The notes beneath the pieces were generated by a model. The model was not told the origin of the DNA and did no database searches. It saw nothing but the letters and a program-made list of their open reading frames with translations. A stretch of DNA of 64,000 bases. Source: an uncultured delta proteobacterium. Its GTDB lineage: Bacteria > Desulfobacterota > Binatia > UBA9968. The position numbers and the translations under genes are program-made. The stretch lies in the NCBI GenBank assembly GCA_963847445.1, contig CAWJZV010000042.1, positions 32,001 to 96,000 of the forward strand, in the 5' to 3' direction. Positions 1 through 9,585 of the stretch are shown here, piece after piece (position 1 is the first letter of the stretch; each line of letters opens with the position of its first letter).

Positions 1-189
1 ACGTTGCTTTTCACCAGCAGCTTCACGGTGGCGGAACTAGCGGACACGTTAGTGCAGCATCAACTTAAGAAAATGAACTCCGGTGATATGGAGCAGATTT
101 TTCAGAAACTGTCGGAACTCACCGATGAGCAGGCCGAGAACCTCACTCTCAGCGGCTTATCTGAGACCCTCCCATCGGCGCGCAAGTAG
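1..189 (+). CDS. 3' end of a carrier-protein-containing gene (NRPS/PKS PCP/ACP C-terminus), truncated by window edge
   Basis: Open frame from base 1; 'LF...FTVAELADTL' resembles the last helix of a PP-binding domain, followed by an acidic tail 'QKLSELTDEQAE' typical of NRPS C-termini; followed by a GT1 gene. Confidence 0.55.
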   Translation, partial: TLLFTSSFTVAELADTLVQHQLKKMNSGDMEQIFQKLSELTDEQAENLTLSGLSETLPSARK

Positions 190-209
190 GGACGCGCGGC
201 AGAACTTAC

Positions 210-1397
210 GTGATCCTCCCGTTAAATGTGGTTCTTTTTTCTGTTGGATCGAGGGGTGATGTCTCGCCGTTCATTGAGATTGGACGCCGGCTCAAAGCGC
301 GAGGTCATGAGGTCAATCTCATAACTCATTTTGGTTACGAAGAAATAGCCAAACGAGCCTCTTTAGAGTTCATCCCCGTCGACACTCCTGAAGAGTACCG
401 GGAATTCATCGCCGATCAGCATCTCTTGAATCATCCGCGTGGAGTATCAGAATTCATTCGAAGACATTCGTTAGCTAAGATTGTCAAACATTACGAGTTG
501 ATCGCACAGGCGTGCCAATCACGCAACACCGTTCTCGTAACCCGCGATCTTTTCGACACCGCGATGCGCGTGGCTGCCGAAAAGAGCCACTTGCCGCTGC
601 GCTGGGTTTTCGGATTTCCAAGTCAAGCTGCGACCTGGAAGCTCCGACAACAATTGTTCACCGATCTGTTACGATCTGACATCGATCGAGCTCGGGCAGC
701 GCTGGGCCTGGAAAAAGTCGTGCAAGGAGATGCCCGGCTTGAGTATCCATCGGGCGCAATCGGGTTGTGGCCCGAATGGTTTGCCAAGGTTGAATTTGAC
801 TTGCCGTTCACCGTGACCCCGGTGGGTTTTTTTCGCGATGACGACGGCAATGAGGGCGAGATTCCAGAGATGATCCAAAACGCCGTGAATAAATCTGCCA
901 CGCCGATTCTGATCACGGCGGGCACGGGCATGTATTTAGATGGGGAATTTTATGCCGCCAGCGCTGCAGCCTGCCGATCGTTAAATGTTCTAGGGATTCT
1001 AATGGCACAGCACAAGGAGCAGCTACCGGGTGATTATCCTGGTTGTGTTAGTTGGCTCGGCTATGTTCCATTCGGGAAGCTGATGCCCCAAGTAAAACTG
1101 GTGATTCACCATGGGGGTATGGGAACCCTGGGATGCGCAATGGCTGCCGGAGTTCCACAGCTTGTTCTGCCCAAAGGGGCGGATCGTCCGGACAACGCGT
1201 CCCATTTGAAGAAGCTGCGGATCGCGGAGTTCTTACCCCCGCCAAAATGGCAGCCGGCAATTATAGCGGATGCCATGCTTCGATTGCTGCGCTCGCCAGA
1301 GATTGGCGAGAACTGCCGGACGCTCGCCGGCCGATTGAAAAACACCGACGGCGCCGCCACGGCCTGTGAGCTGATCGAGCGACATGTACAGGCGTGA
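210..1397 (+). CDS. GT-B fold family 1 glycosyltransferase (RhlB/GtfA-like)
   Basis: N-terminal GSRGDVSPF...LKARGHEV and C-terminal IHHGGMGT...AGVPQLVLP...DRPDNA motifs. Confidence 0.9.
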   Translation: MILPLNVVLFSVGSRGDVSPFIEIGRRLKARGHEVNLITHFGYEEIAKRASLEFIPVDTPEEYREFIADQHLLNHPRGVSEFIRRHSLAKIVKHYELIAQACQSRNTVLVTRDLFDTAMRVAAEKSHLPLRWVFGFPSQAATWKLRQQLFTDLLRSDIDRARAALGLEKVVQGDARLEYPSGAIGLWPEWFAKVEFDLPFTVTPVGFFRDDDGNEGEIPEMIQNAVNKSATPILITAGTGMYLDGEFYAASAAACRSLNVLGILMAQHKEQLPGDYPGCVSWLGYVPFGKLMPQVKLVIHHGGMGTLGCAMAAGVPQLVLPKGADRPDNASHLKKLRIAEFLPPPKWQPAIIADAMLRLLRSPEIGENCRTLAGRLKNTDGAATACELIERHVQA

Positions 1398-1608
1398 TTG
1401 GTGTGTCGCTCTATCTTTGGCGAACTCCATGTGATCTATCATTGACCGGACTAGAGTATACTCGCTTTCGCGTTGCACTGGTTTCGTATAATACCTCACA
1501 TGTAAATCTCGGCTGGTAAATTAGCGAAGTGACCGTTGAAGAATTGTACGATTAATGAAGTATGTACCGCCAGCAGTCAAAGCGAACATTTCCCTGAAAG
1601 GACAGCAA

Positions 1609-2586
1609 ATGAAGCGAATTATGTTTGCAATTGTCGTCGCCACGATGTGCCTCAGCGGGGTCCATGCGGCCGACCGCATTCGCATCGGCTACAGCTCGAT
1701 CAGCGGCGCCTACACGCCGATCTGGGTCGCCCATGATGCCGGCTTCTTTGCCAAGGAAGGACTGCAAGACGACATCATCCTGATCCCCAGCGGCACGCAG
1801 CTGGCGCAAGTGACGGTGGCGGGTGAAATCGACATCGGCTCGCTTAACGGCAGCTCGGCGATCGCCGCGGCGTTTTCCGGCGCCGATCTGAAAATCATCG
1901 GCAACTCCGGCAACAAGATGGTTTTTTCACTTTACGTCCGGCCGGAGATCAAAAACGTCGACGGCATGCGCGGTAAAAAGATCGGCATCACCCGCTTCGG
2001 CTCGGCGCCGGATATTTCGGTGCGCTACGCGCTGCGTAAACACAATATCAACCCCGACAAAGACCTGACGTTGATCCAGCTCGGCTTCATGGCGACGGTG
2101 GCCGCTGGACTACAAGGCGGCTCCATCGAGGGCGGCGTGGTGTCGCCGCCGACGCAATTCGCCATCGACAAGGCCGGCTTCAAGGAATTAATCAGCATCA
2201 CCGACATGGATTACGCTTTCCCCAATCCGGCGCTGGTGGCGGTGGGCTCGATCATTCGCAGCAAGCCCGACGTGATCAACCGTTTCATGCGCGCCTACAC
2301 GCGCGGCGTGCATAAGGCGCGCACCGACCGAGAGTTCACCTATAAATCGCTGGCCAAGTACACCAAGATCAACGATCAAGTGGTGCTGCAGAAGGCCTAC
2401 GATTTCTACATGACCAAAGTTTTGGAGAAGACGCCGGCGGTGAATATGGCCGGTGTCGTCAACGTGCTCGACGACCTGGCCAAGACCGTGCCCGCCGCCA
2501 AGACCGCCAAGCCGGAGCAGTTCGTCGACATGCGCTTTCTCGATACGCTGGAGAAGAGCGGCTTGTTGAAAGAGCTTTATCCGTAG
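1609..2586 (+). CDS. ABC transporter substrate-binding protein, NMT1/SsuA/THI5-like
   Basis: Signal peptide MKRIMFAIVVATMCLSGVHA; IWVAHDAGFFAKEGL and GKKIGITRFGS motifs; start set at ATG 1609 after AAAGGA. Confidence 0.88.
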   Translation: MKRIMFAIVVATMCLSGVHAADRIRIGYSSISGAYTPIWVAHDAGFFAKEGLQDDIILIPSGTQLAQVTVAGEIDIGSLNGSSAIAAAFSGADLKIIGNSGNKMVFSLYVRPEIKNVDGMRGKKIGITRFGSAPDISVRYALRKHNINPDKDLTLIQLGFMATVAAGLQGGSIEGGVVSPPTQFAIDKAGFKELISITDMDYAFPNPALVAVGSIIRSKPDVINRFMRAYTRGVHKARTDREFTYKSLAKYTKINDQVVLQKAYDFYMTKVLEKTPAVNMAGVVNVLDDLAKTVPAAKTAKPEQFVDMRFLDTLEKSGLLKELYP

Positions 2587-2598
2587 ATCGCAGAAGAC

Positions 2599-2680
2599 GT
2601 GAGGGGTGAAGGGTGAAGGGGTAAGGCGTAAACCGGATTTCATTCCGAATCGCCTCACGCCTCACCCTTTACCCCTTACC
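2599..2680. repeat. Intergenic hairpin element with 7-mer tandem arms (GTGAAGG-type / CCTTAC-type)
   Basis: gtgaggggtgaagggtgaaggggtaaggcgtaa followed by complementary cgcctcacgcctcacccttt-accccttac; related copies near 14152, 18970 and 29951. Confidence 0.75.
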
Positions 2681-2688
2681 TTCTCAAC

Positions 2689-3735
2689 ATGGCGGATTCC
2701 TCACGCATCGACGCAAGCCCCGCCGCGCAAGCTGAATCGCCACCCGCCAGTTGGTTTCAGCGTCACAAGGACAAGCTCTGGTGGCTGCATAGCGCTTACG
2801 CATTGCTCTTGGGCGTCGGCATCATGTGGCTCGGGGCGCGTAACTACAATTTTTTGCGCGTGACGGTTTTTCACGTCGGTTTTATCTGGCTATCCAGTCT
2901 CTATTTGCCACGGCTGCTCAATCAACCTCGGCTCTCCGCGCGATGGGCCGAGCGGCTGCGCCTGCTGGTCAACTTTTTCAACAAGAATCTTTATCAGCAG
3001 GTGCTGTTCTTCATCTTGCCGATCTACTTCGGCAGCGCGACCCTGTCGTCGGGAAATGTTCTTTTCGTCGTGCTTCTGGCGATTTCGGCAGTGCTGTCGA
3101 CGCTCGACGTCGTCTATGACCGCCATCTGTCGGTGCGGCGCGGCCTGACGGCGCTATTTTTCGCGTTCAATTTATTTGCCCTGATCAATGTCATGCTGCC
3201 GGTGTTGTGGAGTATCGGTAACAACTGGGCGACCCGTGTCAGCGCGCTGCTGGCGGCGCTCGGGTTTGCGACGATTCTCAGACCGTTCGCTCAGGTGCAG
3301 CGCTGGCAGAGAGCCGTCGCCGGCAGCTCGGCGCTCTTGCTGGTGGTGCTGGTCGAGTTCGCACGGCCATTTATTCCGCCGGCGCCGTTGCGTCTGGTCG
3401 CCGCGCAGTTCGGCAGCGATTATCAAGCCGAGTCGAAGTCTGTCGAGCCGGAGCTGACAGAAGCGGAGGCCGGCCAGGGACGCCGGTTGCATGTCATCAC
3501 GCCGATCAAGGCGCCGCTGGGACTGAAAGAAGCCGTGCAGCACCGCTGGTACAAAAACGGCAAGTTGGTTTGGGCGTCGCCGTTCATTCAAGTGACCGGC
3601 GGCCGTGAACAAGGATTCCGGCTGTGGACGAACTATCTGTTCGACGTGGTCGAGCCCGGTGCGGTGGTGCGCGTCGATGCCGTAACCGAAGGCGGTCAAT
3701 TGATCGGCCGTGCCAGGTTAAATGCCGCGCGCTAA
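2689..3735 (+). CDS. Membrane protein, DUF5924/DUF2914-like
   Basis: About 7 hydrophobic segments, then a C-terminal domain with APLGL..VQHRWYKNG..VTGGREQGFRLWT typical of DUF2914. Confidence 0.75.
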   Translation: MADSSRIDASPAAQAESPPASWFQRHKDKLWWLHSAYALLLGVGIMWLGARNYNFLRVTVFHVGFIWLSSLYLPRLLNQPRLSARWAERLRLLVNFFNKNLYQQVLFFILPIYFGSATLSSGNVLFVVLLAISAVLSTLDVVYDRHLSVRRGLTALFFAFNLFALINVMLPVLWSIGNNWATRVSALLAALGFATILRPFAQVQRWQRAVAGSSALLLVVLVEFARPFIPPAPLRLVAAQFGSDYQAESKSVEPELTEAEAGQGRRLHVITPIKAPLGLKEAVQHRWYKNGKLVWASPFIQVTGGREQGFRLWTNYLFDVVEPGAVVRVDAVTEGGQLIGRARLNAAR

Positions 3736-3982
3736 GCGCAGGCCGTGCTTGTCCTGCTTCCTCCGGCCGGGAAAATTTGACTTATATCCATCCCTGTGAA
3801 TAAGTTGAGCGCTCAAGTAGGTACCCACTCATGATGCAATCGTTACTTGCTTTTCTTTGTCATTACCCTGCGGTGCTCGGGATGACAATGAGGGATTTCG
3901 CAGTGCGACACAGTCCGTCGAGGGCGAAAACAAAGAACGTCAACAACGCGAATCGTTCGGTTTAGAATCATGGAGAACTAGA

Positions 3983-4768
3983 ATGTCGAACACCAACGAA
4001 ACCTATGACATGTTGCTCAGGCTGGTGAAGACGCGGCATAGCGTGCGCAAGTTCAAGGCCGATCCGATTCCGGAAGACACCATCGAAAAGATTCTCGAAG
4101 TGGCGCGCTGGGCGATGTCGGGCGCGAACTCGCAGCCTTGGGAGTTTATCGTCGTCACCGATCCGAAGACCAAGAAAGAGTTGCGCGACGCTTACTCGGA
4201 GTACAACACGGATCTGATTTTCTGGATGGAGCAGCAGCGCGAGTACAATCTGCGCCATCCGTCCTATCAAGTGAAAAACGATCCGCACGAGTCGCTGCGC
4301 TTCAACAAAGCCAAGGCCAACTGGCACCAGGCGCCGGCGGTGATCGTTGTCTTGGGCGACGGACGGCGCCAGTGGGGCACGGTGATGGGCGCGCATACCT
4401 TCGGCCGCGATCAGTCGCACTTGACCGACGGCCTGGCCAACGCCAGCTTCCTGCTCCATCTCGCCATCGCTTCGCTCGGTCTCACTTCGGAGTGGGTGTC
4501 GATCCATATCGAAGAGCCGCACAAGCGGATTCTCAATGTGCCCGATCTGTTGAAGCTTTATCTGATCATCCCCATCGGTTATCCCGATGTCTCCACCCGC
4601 GGCGAAGGCGTGCGCCGGCCGCTGCAAGACATGGTGCACCGCGAGCGCTACGACATGAGCAAGTACATGTCCAATGAAGATGTCATCAAGTATCTCTACT
4701 CGCTGCGCGAGGCGACGGTGCCGGTGCATTCCGCGTCGCGCGCGGTGGTGGCGGACGAGAAGAAATAA
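3983..4768 (+). CDS. Nitroreductase family protein (paralog 1)
   Basis: RHSVRKFKADPIP...ILEVARWAMSGANSQPWEFIVV; IPIGYP; GGAG RBS before ATG 3983. Confidence 0.9.
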   Translation: MSNTNETYDMLLRLVKTRHSVRKFKADPIPEDTIEKILEVARWAMSGANSQPWEFIVVTDPKTKKELRDAYSEYNTDLIFWMEQQREYNLRHPSYQVKNDPHESLRFNKAKANWHQAPAVIVVLGDGRRQWGTVMGAHTFGRDQSHLTDGLANASFLLHLAIASLGLTSEWVSIHIEEPHKRILNVPDLLKLYLIIPIGYPDVSTRGEGVRRPLQDMVHRERYDMSKYMSNEDVIKYLYSLREATVPVHSASRAVVADEKK

Positions 4769-4780
4769 TCGGATGAAGAA

Positions 4781-4922
4781 TGTCTCCCGCAAAGGCGCAA
4801 AGACGCCAAGTTCGAGACTGTTGTCATTTCGACCGAAGGGAGAGATCTCGGTAGATCCCTCGCATTCGCTCGGGATGACGGGCAACGGCCGTCACTTTGC
4901 GCCTTAGCGTCTTTGCGAGACA
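4781..4922. repeat. Composite palindromic intergenic element (CGCAAAG arms enclosing a GTCATTTCGACCGAAGGGAGA...GATGAC REP-like core)
   Basis: Terminal inverted arms tgtctcccgcaaaggcgc / gcgtctttgcgagaca; core recurs near 18733, 26795 and 63965. Confidence 0.75.
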
Positions 4923-4964
4923 AATGAATCTTGCAGCGTTTCATCGGGTAGATTGAAGACAAAG

Positions 4965-6638
4965 ATGACCCAGTGCAGTCCCCGATCAATCCCGATCACC
5001 GTCGAGGTCGTGCGCAACGCCTCGTCGCCTATGCCGACGAGATGGCGACGGTGCTGTCGCAAGACCGCCTACAACATGATGATCTACGAGGTGCGCGACT
5101 ACTGCTGCGGGCTCGATCGATCACGCAGACGGCGCATGATCTCGCAGAACCGCGGCGGGCTGCCGATCTTCCTCGCCGACCTCGGCGTCGCGGTCGTCGA
5201 CGGCATGCGCATGCTATGGGCTGCGACGGCTTCGCGCCCGGCGACGTGATGATCATGAATCAGGCCGACGTCTGCGGCCAGCATCTCAACAACGTCGTGG
5301 TCTACACGCCGTGCTTCCACGACGGCGAGCTGGTGGCGTTTCGTCGCCAACCGCGCGCACTGGGTCGATATCGGCGGCGTGCGCATGGGCTTCGGCTCCT
5401 ACGGCACGAGCGAAGTCTACGCCGAAGGCCTGCAGATGCGCTCGCTGAAGATCTACGAGGCGGGCAAGCGCAACGAGACGCTGTGGCAGATCATCCGCGA
5501 CAACATGCGCTATCCCCGAATCGGCGCTCGGCGACCTGCGCGCGCAGATCGCCTCCTGCCAGCTCGGCGACCGCGGCGCTACGGCGAGCTGATCGCGCGC
5601 TACGGGCTGGCAGACGGTCGAGGCGCTGCATCGCACGATCTGGGACCAGGCCGAGGCTAGGCGCGCGCGCGGTGGTCGCGAAATTCGCCGGGCACTACAC
5701 GGCCGAGAGCTTCTTCGACAACGACGGCGCACGCTCGACAAGCCGGTGCGCGTCAAGGTCAAGGTGGAAGTCGCCGGCCGCGACATGACCATCGACTTCA
5801 CCGAGATGAACCCGCAGGTGCCGGGCCCGCTCAACTCCGGCGAGTCCGGCGGCATCGCCGGCGGCGCGCGTCGCGTTCAAGGCGCTGACCTCGCCCGATC
5901 TCGACGTCGACGAAGGCTGCTTTCGCCCGCTCGAAGGTGGTTATGCCCGAAGGCACGATGCTCAACGCCAAGCCGCCGTCGGCGGTGGGCTGTGGAGCAT
6001 CGCGCTGCCGACGGTGATCGACACGATCCTGAAGGCGCTCGCGCCCGCGCTGCCCGATCTCGTTCCCGCCGCGCACAAGGGCGACATGGGCGGCTGCTCG
6101 TTCTTCGGCTATCCGCGCCGACGGCTCGCGCTTCCTGCTGATGAACATCTTCGGCGGCGGCTGGGGCGGCCGGCCGGACGAGGACGGCGAGGACGCCACG
6201 GTGTCGGTGTGCCAGGGCGACGTGCGCAACACGCCGGTCGAGCTGCAGGAGATCCACTATCCGGTGCTCATCGAGCGCCAGCAGCTGCGCGAGGGCAGCG
6301 GCGGCGCGGGCAAGTTTCGCGGCGGCCTCGGCGTCGAAGTCACGGTGCGCGTGCTGTGCGATGCGTCCACCAATATCAACGTCGAGCGCCAGCGCACCGC
6401 GCCGTGGGGATTGTTCGACGGCGAATGCGGCGCGAAGGCCCAGGCGCTGGTCAAACAATCGCCCGACGATCCCGGCGTCTGGCTGACCAAGAAGCCTAAC
6501 TATCCACTTAAAGCCGGCGGCAGTGTGACTTTCTTTACCGCAGGCGGCGGTGGTTATGGCGCCGCCCATGAGCGCGCGTAGGAATTGATGGAGCGGGATG
6601 AGCGAATGGGGTATGTAACAAGCCAGCGCACATACTAA
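4965..6638 (+). pseudogene. Hydantoinase B/oxoprolinase family protein, many frameshifts and an in-frame TAG
   Basis: Fragments in several frames (PITVEVVRNA, KTAYNMMIYEVRDYCC, GQHLNNVVVYTP, AAHKGDMGG, GGGWGGRPDEDGE, TAGGGGYG) collinear with the intact paralog at 15422-17104. Confidence 0.85.
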
Positions 6639-6648
6639 GCTCTCCGAG

Positions 6649-6690
6649 CCCCCTCGCCCATTCCGATGGGAGAGGGCGGGGGTGAGGGCT
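6649..6690. repeat. CCCTCTCCC/GGGAGAGGG-type palindromic intergenic repeat
   Basis: ccccctcgcccattccgatgggagagggcgggggtgaggg; related copies near 6892, 13170-13275 and 35297. Confidence 0.65.
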
Positions 6691-6938
6691 TGATCGAGGG
6701 TAGATTGACCTTCAGCAACATGTCCTGCCGATCCATCGACGTCAAAGACTACCGGCGCTTAGGCTATAGTGACGAATCTGAAGCGGGGTGGAGTGGTTGT
6801 ATGAACCGAGCGCTCGGGCGATTTGTTTGAGCAGCACTGCGTTGGGATATGCGTCGAACAGAATGATCGTTGCGTATGCGCGGCTCGCTGGCCCTCATCC
6901 TAACCTTCTCCCAGAGGGAGAAGGGATAAGCGAGGTAG

Positions 6939-8080
6939 ATGCGATCACAGACAAGTGGCGGAGGTACGTATGGACGAACAAGCAGTATTTCAAATCGCCT
7001 GACACAAGTGCGCCAAGCGATGCGCGAGCAAGGGCTGCAAACTCTGCTCGTGCATGACGCCGGGCGGCATAATTTTTTGCGCATGAACTACGTCGCCTAT
7101 CTCACCGACTTTATCAGCGTCGGTCCGGACACGATGCTGGTGATCCCGCTGGACGATGCGCCGGTGCTTTATCTCGCGCCGGTTTGGGACATCGCGCGCG
7201 CTCAAGAAGAGTCGCAGGTGAAAGATGTGCGGCCATTCAATGAGATTTCCCGACCTTGGCGCAAGTAAGGCCGGCAAGGTTGGGCTCATCGGCCGGGAGG
7301 CGATGCATGTCGGACTGCATGACGAGATCGTCAAGGCGCTGGGTCAAACGCCGGTCAACGCCAAAGACATCATCGAGACCATGGCGCGCTGCAAAGGACC
7401 GTTTGAGCTGGAGCGCATGCGTCGCGCGGCGGCGATCGCCGATGCCGGCGTCAGCGCCTTGCACGAAGACGCCCGGCCCGGCCTGAAAGAATACGAGCTC
7501 GCCGCCATCGTCGAGTATCCGCATGCGTTCGCTCGGCGCCGAGGATAATTTCGGCATGGTGGTCGCCAACCATCACAACCAAGCGCTCCATCCGCCCACC
7601 GATCGCGTGGTCCAGCCGGGGGATATTATCATCGGCGAGATCACGCCGTGCATCGGCGGTCTGTTCGTGCAGATCTGCCGCACCGTCGTGTTGGGCGAGC
7701 CGGCGCCGGTGGTGCGCGAGAAGTACGCGATCCTGCACAAAGCGATGGGCTTGGGCATGGCGGCGGCGCAGACCGGCGCGCCGGCGAGCGAGGTGGCCAA
7801 GGCGATCAACGGGACGTTTATTGAATATGGCTACGAGCAGTACTGCCGGCCGCCGTTCATGCGCGTGCGCGGCCATGGTCTCGGCTGCGGCTCGTCGGCG
7901 CCGGGCAGTTTGGAAGATGACAACAAGACCAAGTTGGAAGAGGGGATGACGTTCATCATTCATCCCAACCAATATGTGCCGGAGACCGGTTATCTTACGC
8001 TCGGCGATACCGTGGTGATGGGAAAGAACCAGGCGGAGTCGTTGATGAAATCTTCGTGGGATCTCTATATTAAAGAGTAA
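6939..8080 (+). CDS. M24/creatinase-fold protein (Xaa-Pro peptidase family), frameshifted at ~7240 and ~7522
   Basis: Creatinase_N-like RLTQVRQAMREQGL..YLTDF; K..FELERMRRAAAIADAG; RGHGLG; EEGMTFIIHP. Confidence 0.82.
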
Positions 8081-8100
8081 CGGACCGATATTTACACGAC

Positions 8101-8185
8101 CTGGAACTATTGGAACTGCTGGAACGGCTTGGAACCTTCTCGTTCAAATCGTTCCAGTCGTTCAAAACGTTCCAAGTCGTTCCAG
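8101..8185. repeat. 9-mer tandem-arm hairpin (TGGAAC.../GTTCCA...)
   Basis: ctggaactattggaactgctggaacggcttggaac then gttcaaatcgttccagtcgttcaaaacgttccaagtcgttccag; related copy at ~21556-21598. Confidence 0.75.
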
Positions 8186-8214
8186 GATGGTTTAAGATCG
8201 ATGTAGGTGACAAT

Positions 8215-9372
8215 ATGATATTCGGCCGACATTCAGTATTGAAACGCGGTTGTTCCACTTGGGATCCGGCGCAGGTGCCGCAGGCGGAGTTTCAGGCGCG
8301 GCTCGATGCCGTGCGCAGGGAGATGGCGCGGCGCGATCTCGACGCTCTGGTGATTTACGGCGATAACTATTCCTTCGCCGATCTTTGCTACCTGACCAAC
8401 TACTTTCCCAAAGTGCGCGGCGGCATCGCGGTGGTGCCGCGCGATGGCGCGATTTCCATGTTGCTCAATATCGGCAGCCGCGATGTGCCGTTCGCCAAGA
8501 CGTTCACTTGGGTCGAAGACGTGCGCGCGTCCAATCAGGTCGGTAGCGATGGCGCCAAGATGATCAAAGAAAAAGGCTTCGAGAAAGCTAAGGTCGGTTT
8601 GGCCGATTCCGGTCATGGATTTCCGCTGCCGCAGTTGGAGGATATGAAAACCGCGCTGCCCAACGTCAGTTGGCAAGATTGCGATGACATCGTCGCGCCG
8701 CTGCGTTTGGCGAAGACGGCGCGCGAGCTCGGCGCCATGTCTGAAGCCGGGCGCCTGCTCAGCGAGGTCTGTGCCGGTGCCGCACGGTTTATTAAGTCTG
8801 GGCGCAAGGAGTATGAAATCGTCGCCGATATCGATCGCTTGGCGCGCGACAAGGGCGCCGAAGATATTCGCATCCTCGCCGGCGAGAATCGGTTCAATCC
8901 GCCGAGCTTCAAACAGGCGGCGAGCATCGGTTCCCATTGGGCGCTTTATCTCGCCGTGCAGCATGAGCGCTACTGGGCCGAGGCGGGGCGGACTTTTATT
9001 CTAACAGCGATGGCAAGATTCAGGCGGCCTATGAGCGAGCGCAAGAAATCGTTGCGGCGATGGCCAAGCAGCTTCGGCCCAATGGCGCCGTTGCTGCCAT
9101 TGACGAAACCGCGCGCAAAGAGCTGGGCGAGTTCTACGCCAAAGCCGCCGTCTATGGTCTCGCCAACGGCATCGGCCTCAATCAATGGGAAGCGCCATTC
9201 TTGAATCAAAGCGATGCCGATGAAGTCGGCGCCGCGACGGTGGGTGCGACGACGTTCAATGAGAATATGACGGTGGCGCTGCGCGTGACCATCGAGTCGT
9301 GACGTAGGCGTGGTGCTTTACGGCGATAGTTTTCAGGTGACGGCGAGCGGGGCGAAGTCGTTGGTGGGTTGA
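8215..9372 (+). CDS. Second M24/creatinase-fold protein, frameshifted at ~9010 and ~9300
   Basis: EFQARLDAVRREMARRDLDALVIYG..YLTNY; LRLAKTAREL; C-terminal parts in other frames ending LYGDSFQVTASGAKSLVG*. Confidence 0.8.
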
Positions 9373-9585
9373 TTCAGCGAATGGAAGGACGAGATCCCTA
9401 CGTTCCTTCCCCCTTATGGGGGAAGCCCAAATCGGGGTGCTCGATGGATTGCTAGTGACAGGACCCCCACTCTGTCCTCGCCCTCAGGAAGGGCAGCATG
9501 GGGGATGCGGCTACGGATTACGAAGTTCGGACGAGGGTGGATAGGGACGACCGGTCGATAGCTCTTCAGAAAATCGAAAGGCTCC

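Noticed and set aside
3740-3980. Riboswitch upstream of nitroreductase 1
   Set aside because: Only a REP-like GTCAT...GATGAC hairpin is visible; no recognisable aptamer consensus
6579-6581. In-frame TAG as a possible pyrrolysine/readthrough codon
   Set aside because: No pyl genes in the window, non-catalytic position, and the gene has many other indels; an error or decay is simpler
8101-8185. Short tandem repeats (also 21556, 60811) as CRISPR arrays
   Set aside because: Period is 7-9 nt, no unique spacers, no cas genes
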